64,000 nucleotides of DNA from a virus (Duplodnaviria > Caudoviricetes), in the IMG/VR virus record IMGVR_UViG_3300015607_000582, positions 1-64,000 of that record. One strand, given 5' to 3'. Positions within the stretch are counted from its first letter, which is position 1. Each line of letters begins with the position of its first letter. Positions 43,335-51,574 of this stretch are shown here, piece by piece. A program made the translations under genes and the position numbers. The notes under the pieces were generated by a model. That model was not told the DNA's origin. It saw nothing but the letters and a program-made list of their open reading frames with translations, and did not search any database.

Positions 43335-43871
43335 CTACTGAACCAGCTCGGGCACGTTGAACGCGAGCGGCTGGTCGCTCAGGATGTAGTCGAGGTTCGT
43401 CGTCACCATCGTGCCCTCGGTGGTGAAGAAGAAGATCCCGTCCTCGTTCGGGCCATACGAGCCGTCGTCGCCGGGCGCATTGACCACGGCGGGGATGCAG
43501 GACGAGTTGTGGTCGCCCTTGTGGTCCTTGCAGACCTGCAACTGATCCGTGGTCATCTGCGACTGGGTGCTGCTGACCTTGCCCTTGACGGTGTAGAAGC
43601 CCAGCGGTTCGCCGAACGAGAGCACGTACAGGTACGAGATCGCGTTCGGCTTGTTCGTCCGCATGAGGCGCTCGCGGAGGTTGCGACGCTCCAGCGAGTC
43701 CTTGAGCTTGTCGGCCGGGTACGGGACTGCGGTCGACTGCTGCGAGAACACACGCTCGGTGAGCTTCTCGCCGCTGGCCTGCGCGGTCGTCTTGGGCTCC
43801 TCCGTCTGGCAGCCGGTGAGCAGGAGTGCGGCGATGATCGTCGCGATGATGGTGAGTGTCAGGCGCTTCAT
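43335..43871 (-). CDS. lipoprotein
   Basis: signal peptide with LLTGC lipobox; KGKVSS...DGSYGPNEDGIFFFT. Confidence 0.75.
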   Translation of the reverse strand: MKRLTLTIIATIIAALLLTGCQTEEPKTTAQASGEKLTERVFSQQSTAVPYPADKLKDSLERRNLRERLMRTNKPNAISYLYVLSFGEPLGFYTVKGKVSSTQSQMTTDQLQVCKDHKGDHNSSCIPAVVNAPGDDGSYGPNEDGIFFFTTEGTMVTTNLDYILSDQPLAFNVPELVQ

Positions 43872-43873
43872 GT

Positions 43874-44278
43874 TCAGTTCCCCTTGCAGGTCTCGACCGC
43901 GTCGAGCGACGCGGGCAGGTCGATGGCGCGGAAGTCCCGTGCCGTGTACTTGCGGGCGTCGGCGTTGTACTGACCGACGAGCGTCTGGCAGTACGTGATC
44001 GCCCCGGTTGCGGCCGTGCTGTTGGCGTACGACGGATCGGCCTTCGCAGCCGTCTCCAGCGTGACGATGCGCTGCTGCGCCGCGTTGACCTCGGCGTAGA
44101 GATCCTCGAACCGCTCCTGCGCGGCGATGCGGTTGGTGCTGCTGTTCTTCGTCTTGATCGCTTCGCCGCTACCACGGATGTCGCTGACCCAGACCCCGAA
44201 GGCCCAGATCCCCCACGACAGGGCGACGATCAGGACGATTGCCCCGACCGCAGCCGCGATTGCTCCCACTACTCGCAC
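43874..44278 (-). CDS. membrane-anchored protein (partner of the lipoprotein)
   Basis: N-terminal TM; VGQYNADARK...LPASL; AAGGAG RBS. Confidence 0.7.
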   Translation of the reverse strand: MRVVGAIAAAVGAIVLIVALSWGIWAFGVWVSDIRGSGEAIKTKNSSTNRIAAQERFEDLYAEVNAAQQRIVTLETAAKADPSYANSTAATGAITYCQTLVGQYNADARKYTARDFRAIDLPASLDAVETCKGN

Positions 44279-44316
44279 TTGGTGCTCCTTGTTCGGTGTG
44301 TTGGTGGGTGGAACGC

Positions 44317-44973
44317 TCAGGGGTACAGCAGCATCTGCGCCAGATGCTCTGCCGCGAGCTTGCGTCGCTTGCGGTCGTACAGGCGACGGCTCGGAGCTGC
44401 CCAGATCAGGATCAGCGGGAAGGCGTACCATCGCCGCTTGATTTCGCGTGTCAGGGCGCGATCCAGCTCGTCCGCCTGCAGGAAGATGTTGCGCCTGCGT
44501 CGGAAGCGGCGGATGTTCCAGAGGTGGACTGCGCCGATCTCGGAGATGGGGCGCGGGTGGCCGTCGAAGGGCTGCCAGAACATCGCCATCCGCTTGATGC
44601 GCTCGCCAGTGAACGCGCTCCAGACGACCTTGCAGTCCGGGCACTGGCTCGCCACGCGGCCCCAGTTCGGATCGTTCAGGCTGAGGAGCCGCGAGAAGTG
44701 CGTCGCGCCGTAGTTGTGCTGCGACTTCGCCGGGATCTCATTGCCCTGCATGCTCTCGCCGCAGAAGTGGCAGTGGAAGTCGTTGTCGTCCAGCTCTCGC
44801 AGCTCTGCGGCTGCGGCGGCCAGCGAGAACGTCACGGTCTCGTCGTTGTCGAACTGCACGATGTAGACAGTCGACTCGACGCCCTGCGATGGCATCTCCA
44901 CCAGCGTCACGCGGGCGACGGTGCCGAGGCCATGGAGCGAGTGCGAAACGCGGTTGCCCGGAATGAAGTGCAT
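44317..44973 (-). CDS. protein with N-terminal CarD/PcrA-type Tudor-like domain and Zn ribbon
   Basis: FIPGNRVSHSLHGLGTV; CHFC...CPDC. Confidence 0.6.
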   Translation of the reverse strand: MHFIPGNRVSHSLHGLGTVARVTLVEMPSQGVESTVYIVQFDNDETVTFSLAAAAAELRELDDNDFHCHFCGESMQGNEIPAKSQHNYGATHFSRLLSLNDPNWGRVASQCPDCKVVWSAFTGERIKRMAMFWQPFDGHPRPISEIGAVHLWNIRRFRRRRNIFLQADELDRALTREIKRRWYAFPLILIWAAPSRRLYDRKRRKLAAEHLAQMLLYP

Positions 44974-45001
44974 GATGGTCTGTCCCTCCCTTGTGGGAGA
45001 C

Positions 45002-45027
45002 ACACTACGTCATGCGTCGGACGAACC
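45002..45027 (-). promoter_or_regulatory. middle promoter GGTTCGTCCG-N10-TAGTGT
   Basis: one of five copies with an identical 10-nt spacer. Confidence 0.7.
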
Positions 45028-45351
45028 TTCCGCCTCGATCATGGCGTTCACGTAGGGGCCGCTGGTGCATGACGCAGAAGGCGTGTGGGCAACCGAGCCG
45101 CCACCGTCGCACATGCAGAGGTAGGCGATGGCCGCAAGCACGTCTGGACGCGCCATGACCGCCTCCCCGAGCTTGCGATGCAGGTCGTCGAGGATCTCGT
45201 ATGTCGGCGAGTCGCAGGTCTCGAACAGCACCGTGCCGTTGGGCTTGACGTACATGTGCTCGCCGCACACTTCGTCATGCAGTTCGAGGAGGCGTCGATC
45301 CATCTGACGGATCTCGCGGATGAGGTTCAGGTAGTGCAGGGCGTCATCCAC
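45010..45351 (-). CDS. hypothetical protein
   Basis: 113 aa. Confidence 0.55.
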   Translation of the reverse strand: MDDALHYLNLIREIRQMDRRLLELHDEVCGEHMYVKPNGTVLFETCDSPTYEILDDLHRKLGEAVMARPDVLAAIAYLCMCDGGGSVAHTPSASCTSGPYVNAMIEAEGSSDA

Positions 45352-45502
45352 GTTCCAGCTTCTCCATCTCCACCGCGACCAGCAGTGCTGCGGCGATGCC
45401 GAGCAGCACGTCCCACCAGCTCCTCGTCATTGCGTCCGACATGGCCTGCACGCAGAGCATGACGCTCACGCCCACTGCCATGGAAATCACGAACTTCACC
45501 AT
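45344..45502 (-). CDS. small two-TM membrane protein (52 aa, not in ORF track)
   Basis: MVKFVISMAVGVSVML...LLGIAAALLVAV; GGGGAG RBS. Confidence 0.55.
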   Translation of the reverse strand: MVKFVISMAVGVSVMLCVQAMSDAMTRSWWDVLLGIAAALLVAVEMEKLERG

Positions 45503-45549
45503 CTTGGTCTCCCCTCCGTTTCCCTCTTGCTACCCCTCAGCAGGTGGGC

Positions 45550-46149
45550 TCAATCCACCCACGCCTGCTGTCGGATCTTGTCGAGCTTGAGCATGCGCTC
45601 GATCTTGGGTCGCAGCCGCTGCGTCAGGATCTGCGAGATGCGTCCCTCGGTGACGCCCATCTCCTCGGCGATCTCGCGCAGCTTGTAGCCCTCGATGACG
45701 CGACGCAGGATGGTGGCGTCACGCCCGTCGAACATGAGCGGCAGCCAGTCGCCGAGGATCGACGCCAAGACCTCGTCCTCGACGCTCTCGTTGCTGGGCG
45801 TGAGGTCGGCGAGCGTGATCTCCTGCATGTCGCTGCCCGACGAAGTGACCACCTCGTCGAGCGAGAGTGTGCTGTTGCGCATCTGCCCCTTTGCATGCGG
45901 ATCCTCGGCGGTGCCTCGCCCGAGCCGCTTGCGGTGCCAGTCGGCCGTCGATGACCGAGCGCGGGCCCAGAGGCCGCCGACGTTGTCGACCGGCCAGCGA
46001 ACCATGTCGAGGAGGATGTAGCCCTCCAAGTCGTCGGCGTCCCACCACTCGTTGTTGCGACAGACGCCGCGAGCCCACCTGCGCGCGACGGTGATCCAGT
46101 CGGCGGGGTCGCTAGGATCCAGCTCCACCTCAGCGTGCGCGAAAGCCAC
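45550..46149 (-). CDS. phage RNA polymerase sigma factor (sigma70 family)
   Basis: region 2-like DADDLEG...ADWHRK; LSLDE; region 4 KLREIAEEMGVTEGRISQI. Confidence 0.8.
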   Translation of the reverse strand: MAFAHAEVELDPSDPADWITVARRWARGVCRNNEWWDADDLEGYILLDMVRWPVDNVGGLWARARSSTADWHRKRLGRGTAEDPHAKGQMRNSTLSLDEVVTSSGSDMQEITLADLTPSNESVEDEVLASILGDWLPLMFDGRDATILRRVIEGYKLREIAEEMGVTEGRISQILTQRLRPKIERMLKLDKIRQQAWVD

Positions 46150-46531
46150 GTCGCCCCTCCTGTCGTCGGCGCTGCTCGTCCATCAGCACCCTGTACATCT
46201 TCATGCTGCGGAGGAAGTCCGAGCGGTGGTAGACAGGCTCGCTGTCGAAGTCTGCGGCCCACATCTGGCTCTCGAAGAGGTCTTGTGCCATCTCCCCCTG
46301 TGGCCACCAGTCCATGCAGGGGTCATCGCCCGGCTCCATGCCTACGATGTACATGAAGCCGCGTTCTGCGCGCTCCGCCATGCGGTCGGCGGTACGCTCC
46401 ATGTGCCTGATCGCGTTGTCGATGTGGCTGTCCGTCATGTCCTCGATGGGGATGACGGTGCCATCGCGTGTCGTCCACTTGTGGCCCGAGTAGTTCTTGG
46501 GGCGGCGCAGGTCCTTGAAGACGCCCATCAT
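46130..46531 (-). CDS. hypothetical phage protein
   Basis: WTTRDGTVIPIEDMTDSHIDNAIRHM motif; ATGA overlap. Confidence 0.65.
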   Translation of the reverse strand: MMGVFKDLRRPKNYSGHKWTTRDGTVIPIEDMTDSHIDNAIRHMERTADRMAERAERGFMYIVGMEPGDDPCMDWWPQGEMAQDLFESQMWAADFDSEPVYHRSDFLRSMKMYRVLMDEQRRRQEGRRGFRAR

Positions 46532-46743
46532 GCAGCTCCCGTGCCCGCGCAGTGCGGACATGGCGCGTCGCCGACCGGACGGATGATGATGCACCCGTTC
46601 ACGACGTCGACGGTGAACTGGTCGTTGGGCTGGAGCTGCAGCTCTCGCCGCACCCTGTGCGGGAGGGTGATCCGCCCAGTGCCACCCATGTGCCGAATCG
46701 GCAGGGCTGGCATCTTGCCGAGTCGCGTTCGTGTGGTCGCCAT
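46528..46743 (-). CDS. AbrB/SpoVT-family DNA-binding protein with Zn knuckle
   Basis: GRITLPHRVRRELQLQPND...IIIRP; CPHCAGTG. Confidence 0.8.
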   Translation of the reverse strand: MATTRTRLGKMPALPIRHMGGTGRITLPHRVRRELQLQPNDQFTVDVVNGCIIIRPVGDAPCPHCAGTGAA

Positions 46744-46766
46744 CCGTTTCCCCTTCGTAGAGCGAG

Positions 46767-46853
46767 AGGCGAGGTGACGACTCGAACGTCACTCCAGCGC
46801 AGGGCGCCGTGTCCAGATGCGGGTGGTGCTTACGGGACCAGAGCCGCCTCGCC
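46767..46853 (-). tRNA. 87-nt degenerate type II tRNA-like element (anticodon arm disrupted, no CCA)
   Basis: GGCGAGG/CCTCGCC acceptor; TGACG-TTCGAGT-CGTCA T arm; 6-bp variable arm; begins just after a middle promoter. Confidence 0.6.
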
Positions 46854-46864
46854 TTGTGACTGAC

Positions 46865-46890
46865 ATCGTAGGTGCCGCGTCGGACGAACC
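46865..46890 (-). promoter_or_regulatory. middle promoter GGTTCGTCCG-N10-TACGAT
   Basis: motif copy. Confidence 0.75.
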
Positions 46891-47033
46891 TAGCGCCAGC
46901 AGCGGATGGTCGCCCACGCGATTGCGAAGCCCGCGCTGGGCTGGTACTCGCCGCTGACGAACATGGCAATGGACATGCCCGCCATCACGCCGCTCGCGAT
47001 GTGCTGCAGCCATGTGCGCTCGACATCTAGCAT
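46890..47033 (-). CDS. small membrane protein
   Basis: MLDVERTWLQHIASGVMAGMSIAMF..., 47 aa. Confidence 0.45.
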   Translation of the reverse strand: MLDVERTWLQHIASGVMAGMSIAMFVSGEYQPSAGFAIAWATIRCWR

Positions 47034-47242
47034 GTGACCTGAGCCCTCCTCGGGCACGCGACGTTCATGCAGACCCAGTGCGTGGCATCCGGGCTCGGCT
47101 TGCACGAGGCGCAGGGGTCCACCTCCACCGGGGGCGACGTCACCTGCGTGTACGAGGGCGGCCACCCCGCCTGCACGAACTCCATGGCGGCCTTCCAGCC
47201 TGCCGAGAAGCCCCGGCCGTAGTCATCCTCGCGTTGCGTCAT
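47027..47242 (-). CDS. hypothetical Cys-rich protein
   Basis: YGRGFSAGWKAA...CASC...CMNVACP. Confidence 0.55.
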   Translation of the reverse strand: MTQREDDYGRGFSAGWKAAMEFVQAGWPPSYTQVTSPPVEVDPCASCKPSPDATHWVCMNVACPRRAQVTC

Positions 47243-47576
47243 GATCGCCTCCAGTGCAGTCGCACTGGACTGCATCTTCGTACTTGGTCGAGTTGTGGGA
47301 CACCATCGTCGCGCAGCGTCCGCTGTGGTGCGCGTGGCCGCACGCGAGACAGCCGCAGGGCTCGTCTGGGTGGGGTGGCATCGGCTTGTCCCAGAAGTGC
47401 TTGGAGTGGAACGGACAGAGCCGCACGGCGGCCGACAGCCCTCCTCCGAACATCACCGGGAAGACGTAGGTGCAGGAGCACCCCTTGACGATGCACTCGT
47501 CTGCGCGCCGTGCGCGCGAAAGGGATTTTTCACTCGCGCTTGGCAGGTCTTGTCGGCCACCGAGCGGCTGGATCAT
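47223..47576 (-). CDS. Cys/His-rich hypothetical protein
   Basis: CGHAHH..RC...CDC motif. Confidence 0.5.
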   Translation of the reverse strand: MIQPLGGRQDLPSASEKSLSRARRADECIVKGCSCTYVFPVMFGGGLSAAVRLCPFHSKHFWDKPMPPHPDEPCGCLACGHAHHSGRCATMVSHNSTKYEDAVQCDCTGGDHDATRG

Positions 47577-47785
47577 GCGCCCAGCACCTGCAGTGCCCAG
47601 CCGAGGAGCTGGAGGAAGCCAGCGATGGCCGCGAAGAAGGCCACGAGGACGGCGGCGAGGATGGCCGGGCCGAAGACGTACTCCCACCACTTGCCGCCGT
47701 CACTGGCCGCGATCAGATAGAGGGGGTACACGATGGCCGAGGTGACGACCCAGAGGGCGAAGCCCTGCTGCAGGAGTTCAGGCAT
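47573..47785 (-). CDS. small membrane protein
   Basis: two hydrophobic segments. Confidence 0.6.
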   Translation of the reverse strand: MPELLQQGFALWVVTSAIVYPLYLIAASDGGKWWEYVFGPAILAAVLVAFFAAIAGFLQLLGWALQVLGA

Positions 47786-47957
47786 CGGGGGCCGCCTTGG
47801 GGCCGTCGCCGAGGAGGATCTCCGTGGCGAGCTGGGACGCCTTGCTGAGCCGCCCCACCATCTCGGCGGGGGTCAGCCAGAGAGCGCCATGCCACTCGAC
47901 GGTCAGCTCCTCCAGCAGGTCGTACGCCTGCTCCGTGAACGATTCGCGGATGCTCAT
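47778..47957 (-). CDS. hypothetical protein
   Basis: MSIRESFTEQ...; ATGA overlap. Confidence 0.5.
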   Translation of the reverse strand: MSIRESFTEQAYDLLEELTVEWHGALWLTPAEMVGRLSKASQLATEILLGDGPKAAPDA

Positions 47958-48265
47958 GCCTCGCGCTCCGGTGTGTTGTCGTTGAGCCACTCGGTGAGCC
48001 GCGCGCCTGTCGCGAGCCCCGTCAGCCGAGCGACCTCGTCGCCGTCGACGAGCAGGATGGTGGTGGGCAGGGACATGACGTGGTGGAACTTGGCCGTCAT
48101 CTCCATCTGCTCCGTGTCCACGACGTAGGCCGCTTCGGGGCGCTCCGCCATGACCTTGTCGAAGACGGGGGCGTAGACGCGGCACGGGCCGCACCACGAG
48201 GCCGTGAAGCGCAGCACCGCCGTGCCGGTGTCGAGCTTCTGTCCGGTGTAGGGAACGGGCTTCAT
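47954..48265 (-). CDS. trxA: thioredoxin
   Basis: FTASWCGPC...VMSLPT. Confidence 0.9.
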   Translation of the reverse strand: MKPVPYTGQKLDTGTAVLRFTASWCGPCRVYAPVFDKVMAERPEAAYVVDTEQMEMTAKFHHVMSLPTTILLVDGDEVARLTGLATGARLTEWLNDNTPEREA

Positions 48266-48528
48266 GCGTCGACCGCCTCGTACGTCGCCTCGAAGATGTC
48301 GGGCTTGCACGGGTAGAACTCGCCCTGCACACCCTTGATGATGTAGTCGCCGGGCGCTGCGTTCATGTCGCCTTCGAGCGTCTCCACCGACATCAGGTCG
48401 GGAAAGTCCTCGCCGCGACTGACGACGTGGCCCGACCACTTCTCGATGGCCATCGCCGACTCGTTGCCGTCCCAGCGCATGGCCTCGATGACGACCGGCT
48501 TCTTGCGGTACTGCTTCGGCGCGCTCAT
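48262..48528 (-). CDS. conserved phage protein (YRKKPVVIEA / PGDYII family)
   Basis: YRKKPVVIEA...TLEG...GDYIIKGVQGEFYPCKPDIFEATY. Confidence 0.8.
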   Translation of the reverse strand: MSAPKQYRKKPVVIEAMRWDGNESAMAIEKWSGHVVSRGEDFPDLMSVETLEGDMNAAPGDYIIKGVQGEFYPCKPDIFEATYEAVDA

Positions 48529-48812
48529 CACGCCCCCTCTCGATTCGGAACGACTGACAGGGAGCCGCTGAACGGGCGGTAGCCCGAGCGCAGCGTCTGG
48601 AACGACACCCACCGGGGCTTGCGGCTCGTGCGAGCCGTGACGATCCGGCCGCCGAGGACGCGGATCTCGACCCGGTCGGCGAGCACGTCGGTGTCGGTGA
48701 TCTCGACCACGCGGGCGAGGTGACGTGGCCCGTCGCCGTAGTCGTAGTTGTCGTAGAACAGGTCGCCGATCTCGGGCCAGTCGCCCGAGCCGATGGGTGG
48801 GGTCGTACTCAT
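48528..48812 (-). CDS. hypothetical SH3-like protein
   Basis: PEIGDLFYD...ARVVEI. Confidence 0.55.
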   Translation of the reverse strand: MSTTPPIGSGDWPEIGDLFYDNYDYGDGPRHLARVVEITDTDVLADRVEIRVLGGRIVTARTSRKPRWVSFQTLRSGYRPFSGSLSVVPNREGA

Positions 48813-49399
48813 CGCCGCTTCCTCCGCGAGCCCTCGCTCGTGATGTCGTTGCTGTAGTGCCAGACGACCTTGTCGAGCACCTTCTCCAGCCGCACCGGGG
48901 CGAAGTGCGTGGTCTCGACCGAGACGTTGATGTGGGCCGAGCTGCCCTCGTGCGGGTTGTTGTGGACGTGGCCGTGGATGTTGACCGTCTTGGGCAGCAG
49001 GTGCCGCTTGGGGTAGTGCGAGAAGACCACGTCGACGAGCGCGAGCGGGTGGTTGTAGCGGACGTGGATCTCCTCGTCCTTGAGCACCTCGAAGCCGTGG
49101 TCCTCGTACCACTCGTCCTTGTAGTTGTCGTGGTTGCCGCGCAGCAGGATCTTGCGACCGGGCAGCTCGGCCATCTCGGGGATCGGCTCGCCCTGATCCC
49201 AGAAGCACAGGTCGCCGAGGTGCAGGATCGTGTCGCGCTTGCCGACGAGCGAGCGCCAGTTCGAGTACATGAGCTGGTCGACCGCCTCCGGCGTGGGGTA
49301 CGCGGGGGTCGTGCGCCAGCAGTAGCGGTTGATGTTCTTGTGCTGGAAGTGGGTATCCGAGATAACCCACCAGTCGGGCTGGGGTGCGATGGAAGGCAT
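48809..49399 (-). CDS. calcineurin-like metallophosphoesterase
   Basis: SDTHF, LGD, GNHD, SHYP, HGHVH motifs. Confidence 0.88.
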   Translation of the reverse strand: MPSIAPQPDWWVISDTHFQHKNINRYCWRTTPAYPTPEAVDQLMYSNWRSLVGKRDTILHLGDLCFWDQGEPIPEMAELPGRKILLRGNHDNYKDEWYEDHGFEVLKDEEIHVRYNHPLALVDVVFSHYPKRHLLPKTVNIHGHVHNNPHEGSSAHINVSVETTHFAPVRLEKVLDKVVWHYSNDITSEGSRRKRR

Positions 49400-49408
49400 G
49401 CAGTTCTC

Positions 49409-49636
49409 CTAGAGCATGATGAGGCCGATGCCAATCGCGAGCGCGGCGAACGACCACACGTAGCCCATCGCGATGATCGCTCGGGCGTTCTCGATGTTCA
49501 GGCGCTGCAGCGACTGCTGGAGGCCGGTCAGGTTGTCGATCTGCCGGTCGAGGCGCACCTGTCCGTAGAACGTCAGCTGCAGCTTGACGCCGCCGTAGAG
49601 CAGCAGCAGGGCTGCGACGTAGTCGATCACTTCCAT
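49409..49636 (-). CDS. small two-TM protein
   Basis: MEVIDYVAALLLLYGG... Confidence 0.55.
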   Translation of the reverse strand: MEVIDYVAALLLLYGGVKLQLTFYGQVRLDRQIDNLTGLQQSLQRLNIENARAIIAMGYVWSFAALAIGIGLIML

Positions 49637-49863
49637 GCCCAGTCCCCGATCCACTTGAGCTTGTGGCTCCAAACGCAGAGGTTGCAGCGCCACGAGTAGC
49701 ACGGGCAGCACTCGCAGTACGTGCAGCAGTAGTCGGCGTCTTCGTGGTCGTAGCCGGGGCAGTCCTTGTGGAGATGCTCGCCGCGCGGGAAGCGCAGGAT
49801 GACCCAGCGGACGATGCGCTTGACGACGCCAACTCTCGGCCTGACGGGCATCGGGAACTCCAT
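49627..49863 (-). CDS. Cys-rich hypothetical protein
   Basis: CCTYCECCPCYSWRCNLC. Confidence 0.5.
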   Translation of the reverse strand: MEFPMPVRPRVGVVKRIVRWVILRFPRGEHLHKDCPGYDHEDADYCCTYCECCPCYSWRCNLCVWSHKLKWIGDWAWK

Positions 49864-49883
49864 CGTGGCGTCCTTGCGCGCGG

Positions 49884-50192
49884 TCACGAGCTTGCTCCGC
49901 GCAGCGGGGCGGCCATGCTGGGCTCGACGCGGAACGCAGCCTTGAGCGCCTGCCGGTGCTTGAGCCAGCTCACGACGCCCAGCTTGAGGTAGGCAGTGTC
50001 CATGGCCTGATCGACGCGCTCGGAGGTCACGGCCGCTCCGTAGTCGCTCTCGCGCACGTCCATCGCCTCGGCGAACGCCCCGAGGACGCCCATGGCGGAG
50101 TCGACCTCGTCGAGCCACTCGTGCAGCACGCCGACGGTCTCGTCGAGGTTGTCGGGGTGCAGGTCCCCGAGTTCCACCTGCTCTTCGCTCAT
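49884..50192 (-). CDS. hypothetical protein
   Basis: MSEEQVELG...; ATGA overlap. Confidence 0.6.
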   Translation of the reverse strand: MSEEQVELGDLHPDNLDETVGVLHEWLDEVDSAMGVLGAFAEAMDVRESDYGAAVTSERVDQAMDTAYLKLGVVSWLKHRQALKAAFRVEPSMAAPLRGASS

Positions 50193-50578
50193 CGCTTCTT
50201 CTCCTCGTTGGTGATGTAGTCGCCTCGGTCGATGCCGTCGGCGACGATCTGCAGGATGCGCTCTGGCGTGTGCGTCGGCGCGATGGGGCCGAGCTGCCTG
50301 ATCCACGAGGCGATGGCGCGCTGCGTGCTGTCGATGCCATCGGCTCGACCAGCGTCGATTCCGATCCCGTACGCCTCGTGCGTGAGCTGCCAGACCTTCT
50401 GGCGCATCACGAGCGCGATGCCGCCGAGGATCGTGTTGGCGTCGATGCGGTGCGAGAGCTTCTGGATCGCGATCTTGCCGTCCACGAGGGCCTGCATGCC
50501 ATCGCTCAGGGGCTCATGCTCCTGATCGCATCCGAGGTCGTCGCAGTCGCAGTAGGTGGGCTCGTCCGGCGTGTCCAT
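50189..50578 (-). CDS. hypothetical protein (leaderless)
   Basis: ATG 7 nt after the middle -10. Confidence 0.6.
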   Translation of the reverse strand: MDTPDEPTYCDCDDLGCDQEHEPLSDGMQALVDGKIAIQKLSHRIDANTILGGIALVMRQKVWQLTHEAYGIGIDAGRADGIDSTQRAIASWIRQLGPIAPTHTPERILQIVADGIDRGDYITNEEKKR

Positions 50579-50585
50579 GCCAACC

Positions 50586-50611
50586 ATGGTACAGACGCCG
50601 CCGGACGAACC
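50586..50611 (-). promoter_or_regulatory. middle promoter GGTTCGTCCG-N10-TACCAT
   Basis: motif copy; ATG 7 nt downstream. Confidence 0.75.
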
Positions 50612-50620
50612 CTCACTGCA

Positions 50621-50971
50621 TCATGCGCGGCCGTGGATGACGGCGAACGCATCATCGAACGCGGCGCAGGCCCGTTCGAGCTGGGCGATGCAGGTGCCCA
50701 TGTGCCACGCGGTGGTGAAGTCGCTGTACGCGCCTCCCACGGCGTCGAGCGTGCCGACGAGGTAGTCGTCGATGTAGGTCTCGCGAGCATGGCCGTGCTG
50801 GCGCATGCCCTCGAACTGGACGCGCATGGCCCGCTCGATGGCGGCCTCGCGGTCGTAGCTGCCGGAGCGGAGCTGGTCGGCGATGGCGAACATGCCCCAG
50901 AGCAGCTCTGCTCCGTCTTCGATTGCCTGCTGGTTGGCGGGAGGCGTCCCGTGCGGCCCTGAGTTGGTCAT
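50621..50971 (-). CDS. hypothetical protein
   Basis: 116 aa; RBS sequestered in a hairpin. Confidence 0.55.
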   Translation of the reverse strand: MTNSGPHGTPPANQQAIEDGAELLWGMFAIADQLRSGSYDREAAIERAMRVQFEGMRQHGHARETYIDDYLVGTLDAVGGAYSDFTTAWHMGTCIAQLERACAAFDDAFAVIHGRA

Positions 50972-51017
50972 CGCCACCTACATCCGGAGCAGGTGGCGAA
51001 AGCGTTCAGAATCAGTT

Positions 51018-51043
51018 GAGGGCCCCGCCGAAGCAGGGCCCTC
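51018..51043 (-). terminator. terminator-like hairpin with UUCG loop
   Basis: GAGGGCCCTGC-TTCG-GCGGGGCCCTC, resembling the 11371 hairpin. Confidence 0.6.
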
Positions 51044-51074
51044 GCTGGCATACGGTTGTCGCTCGTACAGCCTA

Positions 51075-51473
51075 TCAGGCCGCCCGGCTGCCCGAGTGAT
51101 AGCTGCGCAGCAGCTCTTCGAGGAAGGCGATCTCGCGCTTCTCCTCGGCGATGCGGCGCTCGATGAACTGCTCCATCGTCTCACCCGGCTCCTGCTGCTT
51201 GTTCTGGCGGGGCGGCTGCATCTGCGCTGCTTCCCGCTGGCGACGATTCCACTCGTTCACCGGGAGACCGGCGGCGCGTACGGCGGCGTTCCATGAGCCG
51301 AACTCGCGGAGGTAGAACCACTTGCCGTAGAGGCCGTATCGCTTCTTGTCCGCGTCGATGCTGATGGGCGTCTCGCCCTTCTGCTTCGCCGCCTTGAGCA
51401 GGCTCTCGATCAGAGCCTCCTTCGACACTTCGACGCGAACGGGACGCGCCGTCTTGCGCTGGCGTGCTGCCAT
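51075..51473 (-). CDS. DNA-binding protein with homing-endonuclease-associated repeat
   Basis: SKEALIESL...REFGSWNAAVRAAGL; AAGGAG RBS. Confidence 0.7.
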   Translation of the reverse strand: MAARQRKTARPVRVEVSKEALIESLLKAAKQKGETPISIDADKKRYGLYGKWFYLREFGSWNAAVRAAGLPVNEWNRRQREAAQMQPPRQNKQQEPGETMEQFIERRIAEEKREIAFLEELLRSYHSGSRAA

Positions 51474-51574
51474 GTTGCTCGTGCTCCTTGTCTTCGACGC
51501 GGGGGTCCATTCCCACATCGCTTGGGTGTCAGTTCACATCGTAGGGTGTTCCCCAGCGCGCGAAAAGACAACAT

